A program made the position numbers and the translations under genes. This document shows positions 56,381 through 64,000 of a stretch of DNA of 64,000 nt, one piece after another. Numbering within the stretch: position 1 is the stretch's first letter; the number at the start of each line of letters is the position of its first letter. The notes below the pieces were generated by a model. It was not told the DNA's origin. It made no database searches and worked only from the letters and a program-made list of their open reading frames with translations. The stretch spans positions 1,860,001-1,924,000 of the forward strand of contig OZ251229.1 of assembly GCA_965240325.2 (NCBI GenBank). The letters are read 5' to 3'. Source of the DNA: Rebecca billardiae RCC1528 (lineage: Eukaryota > Protista > Haptophyta).

Positions 56381-58206
56381 TCAGTGCCGCGTGGCGTTGG
56401 GCAGCGCCGGGCCGGCTGGCTCGGCGATGACGAAGCCGCACACAGTCGCCTGCACCCACGCGAGCTTGACGGGTTTCACGCGGTAGCCCCACGACCAGAA
56501 CACGTACTCGTCCCTCTCCTCGTCGCAGCTCTCCAGCACGATCCTGCGTGGCGGCGTGGCGCGCGTGGCGCGCGCAGGGCCCGGGCGGCGCACGCGTCAG
56601 CATCCCGCGCGCCGTTCTCATGCCGCGCGCAGCCGCGCCGCGCTGCCGCCGCGCGGCGCCGGACACACCAGTGATCGCACGCGCAGTTGGTGCAGGTCTG
56701 CGTGGCGTCCAGCGAGTAGAGCATGCCCATGGCGACCCGCGCGATCGCCACGACGCCCGAGCACGCCGCGCGCACGTTCGCCACCGTGGCGGAGGGCACG
56801 CCGCCGCGCGTGTTCACGAGCGCGAATGCCTGCTGCTCAGACTCGAAGCTGCCGCGCGCGATGATGGCCAGGCTCTCCTCAATCCACGCGTTCACGCGCG
56901 GGTGCGCCGCGAGGAAGGGCGCGTCCGTGAGCACGCCCGGTCCAGCGAGCGCCGCGCGCTGAAAGTCGATGAGCGTCAACCCCGCGCCCACGCCCGCGAT
57001 GAGTTGCACGCAGTCCTCGTCGTCGAGATAGCCGCCGCAGGCGAACGAATTGTTCTGCACGTAGCTGCAGCGGCCGCCGGGGGCGAGCAGCCGCTCGCAC
57101 CAGCCCATGACGAAGTTCGGGATCGTCTTGATCTGCGACTCGGAGAAGGCGTCCTGGGAGACCGTGCGGTTGTACGGCGAGAGGATGTGCTGCGACGGCT
57201 CGTCGCACGAGCCGAGCACGGCCGCGTCGTGCGAGCTCATCAGCGCCTGCGTCCACATGTGCTCCGCGCCCGCCGGCGTGTACAGAGTGGCGGTGAGGCC
57301 GGGGAAGGAGGCGCGCGTGTGCGCGCACGGCGCGGCCTCGAGGAGGCCGCCCGGCAGCGTGCCCGTCCAGAGCAGCTGCGTCGAGAGCCGCAGCGCCTCG
57401 GCGGGCGCGCGCAGCGAGAGCGCATCCAGTATGGCTGACGGGCCGCACGTCTGCTCCTGGCCTTGCGAGTTGGACTGCGTGAGCACCGTGCGCGTGATGT
57501 CGCAGAGCGCGAAGCCGAGCACGCCGCTGGCGTCGAGGACGGTGGCGTCGGGTGGCGTGATCACGCCGTCGACCACCGCCTGCGGCGTGAACGCCACGCT
57601 GCCCGGCGCCCACGCCTCGTCGAGTGCGCCCGTCCACGCGGGCGAGCCGTCCTTTGCGTTCTGCTGCGTGCCGGGCGGCACCGGCCGCGCGAAGATGAAG
57701 TTGGCGAGGTGGGCTGGGCCCTGCGGGAACTGCCCGGCGAGTGTGAGGAACGCCTCGCGCGTCGCACGCAGCGCGAGGCACGTCGGGTCGTCCTTCGCCT
57801 CGCCCGTCTCCGGGTCGCAGTAGCGCACGATCCCGAGCTGCTGCATCTGCTCCCGCGCGCTCGGGTCGCGCTCGAAGATGGTGCTCAGCGGGTACGAGTA
57901 GTTGAGCTCGGCGCAGATGTTTGCCTGCTGGTTGCCGACACCCGCGTACGTGCCGTCCGTGTTCTGATTCGCCTCGAGGTAACCGCCGCCGCCATGCACG
58001 TTGGCGAACGCGGCTTCGATCACTGCCGCCATCGCATCGGCCGCCGCTGGCGCAGGCACCAGGTAGGCGGGCGCCGGGCCCTCGGACCACTGGTCGAGCG
58101 CGCCAGACTGACCTGCCGAGTGGAAGACTGCAAGCACCAGCAGTGCGCCCACGAGCAGCGCGCACGCGCCGGCCGCGGCCGCGCGCCCCCGGCTGCCCTG
58201 CATCAT
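56381..58206 (-). CDS. Secreted or anchored papain-fold (C39-like) cysteine peptidase-like protein (exons 58206-56669, 56543-56381)
   Basis: N-terminal hydrophobic segment, QEQTCGPSAILDAL, spliced CDHW|IVLES and VFWSWG; GT-AG intron 56668-56544. Confidence 0.65.
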
Positions 58207-58719
58207 GATTGCAGGATCTGGCGGCGCCGTCGTGCCGCCCGCCGCCCAATTGCTTCATTACCCCCATATGGGGGTATCGCTGTCATCGGAAAGTAGGGCA
58301 GACGATCCCAACCGATCTGCCGACTGGCGAGATCGAAGAGCGCCGAGAGCACTGAGCAAGGCTTGCGCATGACGAAACATGGCCGGGCCTGTGAACGTCG
58401 TCGTCGGCCAGGCAATTCTTGAGGAGAGAGCACGAGTTCTCGGGGCATTCACGGTCACTGACGACTCGGTCTCAGTGAGTCTGTTACTCATAGTAGCCAC
58501 CGCGCGGCCTGCGCAGCCTATGTCCTTCGATCGTCCGGGCAGCGGATTCGCGCGTGAGGCTACCCAAAGACTGTCTGCTCATGCATCGTAATCTGCTGTG
58601 CTGATCTGTGTCTGTGATCATGGAGATTCTGATTCCAGGAGACTCGTCCGCCCCGCGACGGTCTCGATCTTCGGCCCCGCCCCCGGCTGCCCGACCGGCC
58701 GGCGCTGCTCTGGCAGCCC

Positions 58720-61700
58720 TCACCACGATGCGGCGCCGCCCTGCTCCTCGTCCTCGTCCAGCTGGTATCGGTGCAGGAAGTTGCGCCACACCTTGCCCTT
58801 GCCGGCGTAGCGCTCCACGACCTCGCTCTCCCGCTTGAGCTCGCCGGCGACCATCTGAGCCAGCTGGCGCACGCTCGCGGCCGAGTGCACGCCGCTCAGT
58901 AGCAGCGCGTTCACCGCCGGCAGCAGCCGGGGCAGGTGCTGCGCGCGCGCGCGCGCGGACGCCGAGCGTGATGCGCGCGTCAGGTGCGCACTCGCCCGCG
59001 AGGGCACAGCGCCGCGCCGATGCGCGCCGCGCGCGCGCGCAGTCGGCACACGCGCGCGCAGCCGAGGCGCGCGCGCGCAGGCGCCACGGCTGGCCCAGGG
59101 GCCCGGGCTGCGGGCCCCGAGCGCGCGCGCGCGCGCGCGCGCGTCGGCGCATGCGTACGCGGCAGCACACACCTCAGGCGCCAGGCCGACGGCCTTGGCC
59201 GCCGCCTCCGCCTCCCTGCGCACGAGGGCGCTGCCCGCCGCGCCCGCGGCGCGCTCGGCCGCGCCGCGCGCCTCCGCCTCGCGTACAGCCGCGGCGTGCG
59301 CGCGCAGCTTGCGCCACTCCGAGTCTGCGAGCTCGAGGGTGAGCCAGGCGGTGCGTGCGGCGGGCTCGGCCGCGCCCGACGCGCCCTCGCCTCCGTCGTC
59401 GGCGTCGGCGCGCGCGCCGCCCTGCGGCAGCCGCGCGCGCACGCGCACGCGCGGCTGCTGCAAGACCGTCACATGCAGCGGCTCGCCTTGCTGCAGGCAG
59501 CGCGGCAGCTGGGTCTCGAGAGCGGACTGCTCGCGGCGGAGCTCGGCGAGCGCGCGCGCCAGCCGCTGCTCCTGCCGCTTCGAGCCGATGCCCAGCCGCG
59601 CGCCGAGGCCCTCGCCGTCCGCCGCGGCCAGCTCGCCCAGCGTCAGCGCGCCGCCGCCGTCCGCGCCGCCGCCGCCCGCCCTCGGCGGGAAGAGCGCCTC
59701 GCCGCTCAGCCTAGCAGCGAGCGCGCCCTCGGCAACGGCGGTGGGCAGGCCGCTCTGCGCAGCGCGCGTGGAAGCGACGGGCGGGCGGGCGGGGGCGTGA
59801 GCGCACGCGCGCGCGCGAGCGCCGCGCGCGCGCGCGTGCGTGTCGCGCGCCGCGCTGCGCGCTGCGCACCGCTTGCAGCCAGCCCGCCACCTCAACTGCA
59901 GTCCAGCCGCGGGCCCAAGGCCGCGCGCGCTTGGCGCGCCGTTCGACGTGCTCGGCCAGGGCGGCGTAGAGCTCGCGCTCCTCGGGCGCGGCGCCCTCCG
60001 CGGCCGCGCGCACGCGCAGCTCCGTGCCCACGCGCACGTGCCGCTCGAAGCGCGCCGCCGGGTACGGCCACCCCTGCAGAGCCTTCGGCGGCGCCGCGGC
60101 CGCGGTCGCCGCCACCGCGTCAGCCGACCAATGAGGCAGCGTGTCGTCGTAGACGTCGAGCTGGCGCGCGTGCTGCTGCTGCGGCTGCGGCGGCTGCGGC
60201 GCGCTCGGCGGCTCGGCGGCGTGCGCCTCCTCGCGCGCCGCGCGCCCCTCCGCCGCCGCCACACCCATCGCCACCGCGAGGCTTGCCGGCGACGCTCGCA
60301 CGCGCGCTTGCAGCGCAGCCGTGCGCACACCTGCCGCCGCCTCGATCAGGAGCCGAGTGTCGCGCCGGCGTGTGGCGGCGGCGCTGCCCTCGAGCGGCTG
60401 CAGCTCGATCGGCGCGTCCGCGCCGCCCTCGCCGCGCACCGCCGCCTCGAGCGCCTCCGCCGCCTCGCGCAGCACCGGATCCTCCGGACCCGCCGCCGCC
60501 GCGCCCTCGGCCGAGCCAGCCGCGTGCGCACGCGACGGGGCGGCGCGGCCGGCCGCGCCGAGAGAGCCGGCCGCGTCGAGCGCCTCGGCGCGCTCGCGGG
60601 CGAGCTCGAGGAGGCGCGTGTACTGCGAGCGCAGCCGCGCGGCGGTGCCCGCGAGCTCCGTCCGCGCGTGCTGCAGCTGCGTCGCGCGCGCGCTCGCGCT
60701 GCCGCTGCCCAGCCGGCGCCACAAGTCGCCCTGCGCCGCGTCGGCCACCGCCGCGCACTCAGACAGCGAGTCATGCGCGGCGCGGCGTGCGGCGGCTCGG
60801 GGCTCGGCGCCGGCGGCCTCGCGGACGACGCCGGCGGCGCGCGTGCCGAGCGGGCCGCGCGCCGCCTCGCGCGCCCGCCCCTGCACCATCGCCGCCTCCG
60901 CCGCGTCGACCGCTGCGCTCACAGTCGCCTCCAGCGCCGCGGGCGCGAGCGTGGCCAGCGCCGGAAGCAGCGGCGGCGCGCCGCCCGAGCGCGCCGCGTC
61001 GGACGGTCCCGTGTGCGAGGGCGCGCGCGGCGGGGGCGGCATGCTGACGTAGTCCAGCAGCGCGAGCGCGAGCGTGTGGTCGCGCATCAGCTGGTCCACG
61101 CTCAGCGCGCCGAGCACGGCCGTCGCGGACAGGTCCTGCACCAACAGAGCGTCGGCGAGCCTAGAGGAGGCGGCCGCGGCCTCGCGGCCGCCAAACAGGC
61201 AAGGTGAGGCCAGCGCGTCGACGAGCGAGGCGCGCGCGCGCGCGGGCTCGGGGAGCGGGTCCGGCAGCATCAGCGCCGCGTGCGCCGCGCCGAGGCTCTC
61301 CTCGTCCACCCCGCCCAGCAGCTCGAGGTCGAGCGGCGCGTGGAGCAGCGTCTCAGCCGCGCTCATGGTTAGGGTTAGGGTGGTGGTTGTGCCTCGCTGG
61401 GGTGTGGCCGGTGAGGGCACGCCGGCCGCGGCGGCCGCGTCCGCGGCGAGGGCGTCGAGGAGGCGCACGACGCGGGGCATCTGCGCGCGCGGGCGGTGCG
61501 CGTGCGTCGCCTCGTGCTCGTCCACGAGCTCCTGCAGCGCCTGGCCCAGCGGCACGGCGGGCGGCAGAGCCTTCCAGGCCTCCGCTTTCTCAGCGGCATC
61601 GGGAGGCTGCCTCGACCGCTCCTCGGGCGAGCGCCGCGCGAGCGCGGCCTCGCGGGAGAGCTGGTCGACGAGCGCGGAGACGTTGCGCGCCACGAGGCCC

Positions 61701-62338
61701 GTCTGCTGCTTGGGACGCCGCGGCCCGCCGCCGGTACCGCCGCCGCTCGAGCCGCCGCGCGCCGGCGGCGGCGCCGGGGTGGAGGCGGCAGGCGCCGGAG
61801 GCTCACGTGCGGGTGGGCGGCCGCGGCCGCGGCCTGATGCCAGCTCGAGCGGGCGCGCGTCGGCGACGGGTGGATTCTGCGGGGGCGTCTCCATGGCAGG
61901 CCCCGCCGTCGGGCCCGCCGCTCCCTCCTCGTCCTCGTCGTCGTAGCCGTCGACCGCAGCGGTCGCCCTGCGCATCAGCGGCCTGCGCGGCGGTGGGCGC
62001 GGACGCGGCTGGGCTGGGCCATCCGCGGGCGTGGTCGGCCAGGCGTCGTCCGTCTCCGTGTCGTCGTCGGCTGGTCCACGCCGCGCCGCCCAGGCGGCGC
62101 CCTCCGCCCCGAGGCCCGGACTCTGCTCTGCGGCCGAGCTCGGCTCGGCCGCAGGTGAGTCTGGCAGCGTGCGCGCCGGGCCGTCTGCCGCAGCGGCCTC
62201 CGCGCCGACCCTGTCGGTGCCACGGCCGCGCCCGGCGGAGATCCCAGCGCCCTCGCGCGCGCGGCCACGCCCACGACCGCTCGGCGGAACCGACGAAAGG
62301 CGCCGCACGGCGCGCGCGCCGGCGAGACGCATCATCAT
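58720..62338 (-). CDS. Large Ala-rich protein with SAM (sterile alpha motif)-like domain, possible mitochondrial presequence (exons 62338-59870, 59754-59173, 58938-58720)
   Basis: WTAVEVAGWLQA|SGL...LSGEALF...LGIGSKRQEQRLARALAELR; two GT-AG introns keep the frame; N-terminus MMMRLAGARAVRRLSS. Confidence 0.7.
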
Positions 62339-62560
62339 GGCGACCGACGACCTGACGCAGCGCGGGAGATGATCAAGAACGCGGCTTTCGGCCTCTCCCC
62401 CGGCTGCGGAGCCACCAGTCCGGAGTTCCGGGAAGCACTGGAGAGCGCACAGCAGTCCTGCCGCTGGAGCACTGCAGTCCTGCACGTCTCGTTCCGGAAG
62501 CCTGGTCAGGACTCAGGAGCGAAGTCGTCCGGGCTGGGGAGCACGCCGCGCTGAGCGGCC

Positions 62561-64000
62561 ATGGCGTCACGCGCGCTGGGCGTGCTGGCGCTCCTCGTAG
62601 GGGCCGCGGCCGACGAGGACTTTAGCGCGTACCGCGCGGCGATGGAGAACGTCGTGCTCGGTGCCGATGCGGCCGATGCCGTCGCCGCCGACGATTCGCC
62701 GGGCGGTACCCGCAGCGCGCCCGCGGACGCGCGTGCGCACCCGGCGTTGCAGTGCCTCGACGAGTTGCGCCGCGCGGTGCGCGAGCTGTCGGTGGCGGAC
62801 CCGGACAGCGCGGGCGCCGACGGTGACTTAGATGCAGACGCGGACGATCCGCCCGACGGGCGGTGGCAGCCGTGCGCGGACGCCGTGCACGGCGGCTTTG
62901 CGCTCGTGGCACACACGCTGCTCAGCCTGATCACGCTCACGCGCACGGTACTCTGGCGCGCGCTCCGCGCGCTCTCGTCGGCGCTGAGCCGGCCGCGCGC
63001 CGTGCGCTCGGCGCGCGGCGCGGCGGCTGCGCTGCTCCGCGCATGCGCGCGCTCGATCGAGACCCTCGCGCGGCTCGTCGACGTCCGCAGCGACGTGCCC
63101 CCGCGAAGGCCGGCCCCGGCCGCTGCTGCAAGCGCGAGGCGACCGCCACCGCCGCCACCGCCGCCGCCACCGACGCCGCCACCGACGCCGCCACCGACGC
63201 CGATGCCGACGCCGCCGGGCTCCTCGCGCGCGCCTCGGAGCAACCCGCCCGCCCAGCGCACGGGCGCGTCGGCGCGGCCGGACGGCGTGCCGCCACCTCT
63301 CAAACCGCCGCCGCCTTCGCCCCGCCCTCGCGTGCCTACGCCGGAGCGTCCCAATGGCGCGGCGCGGCGCGCGGCGGCGCCCTCCGAGTCTGGCGCTCCC
63401 CAACGGTCGGCGACTGCCTCGGAGCCCAGCTCTGCCTCGCCCGGCGTGGCTGCTGCCAGCTCCGCGCCCGACAGTCCGGACGCCGCGGCCGAGGAGGCGC
63501 GCCGGATCCTCGAGCTGCACGCGCGTGCGCGCGAACAGCAGGGCGTGGGCACGGAGCCTGATGCCTATCAAGTGAGCGCGCGCGCGCGCGCGCGCGCGCG
63601 GGGCGCGAGCGCGCGCGTGGGGCGCGCATGCGCGGCACCGCGGCGGCCCTCACCGCCCGCCGCCCCGCCCTCCCCGCCCCGCCCGCCACCGCCACCGCGT
63701 GTGCCCACGCGCGGCGCCGGTGCTGAACGTGCCGAGCGATGCCAGTCGTGATGCTGTGAAGCGCGCGTTCCGCCGGCTCTCGCTCGCGCTGCATCCGGAC
63801 AAGACGGGCGCGGGGTCGGCCGATGACGAGCGCACGCGCGCATTCCTGCTGGCGCAGAGCGCGCACTCGATCCTCTCGGACGCGGCCGCGCGCGCGGAGT
63901 ACGACCAGGAACGGCGCGGCGCGGGCGGGCGGCGTAGGGGAGCGCGCGCACACGGTTCGGGCGGCGTCGACCCGCGCGAGTATGGCTCGCCCTGGGCCGC
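62561..64000 (+). CDS. DnaJ (J-domain) protein with signal peptide and Pro-rich linker (3' partial)
   Basis: DAYQ|VLNVPSDASRDAVKRAFRRLSLALHPDK...AHSILSDAAARAEYD; intron donor at 63572. Confidence 0.85.

Overview
Very GC-rich, gene-dense eukaryotic DNA. Short GC-rich GT-AG introns, TTAGGG repeats, signal-peptide plus transit-type N-termini and a single-domain voltage-gated channel suggest a secondary-plastid alga, probably a haptophyte (inference). About 16 host genes: an RTX-repeat surface protein, bacterial-type topoisomerase IA with an embedded SAP domain, a PA-domain/7TM/HET-TIR-like receptor, NRAMP, ABM, SET, GLOD4-like, SAM methyltransferase, EamA, M41-like peptidase, single-domain channel, a VPS9 multidomain protein, a papain-like peptidase, a SAM-domain protein, a J-protein and one hypothetical. 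Mobile or repeat DNA fills about 40% of the window. (i) A head-to-tail dimer of an 8542-bp transposon (21311-29852, 29860-38401) with an 8-bp TSD and imperfect TIRs encodes a 2361-aa Mutator-like DDE transposase with an intact DEDDy 3'-5' exonuclease inside its catalytic core and an 11-unit 73/74-aa Ala-rich array; it sits between divergent genes next to NRAMP. (ii) A foldback element with ~1-kb arms and a 9-bp TSD (9779-14410) carries a nested Harbinger-like element (9801-12133, TSD TGA). (iii) A non-coding block of nested tandem duplications occupies 2040-5810. All domain calls come from motif recognition by eye; no searches were run.
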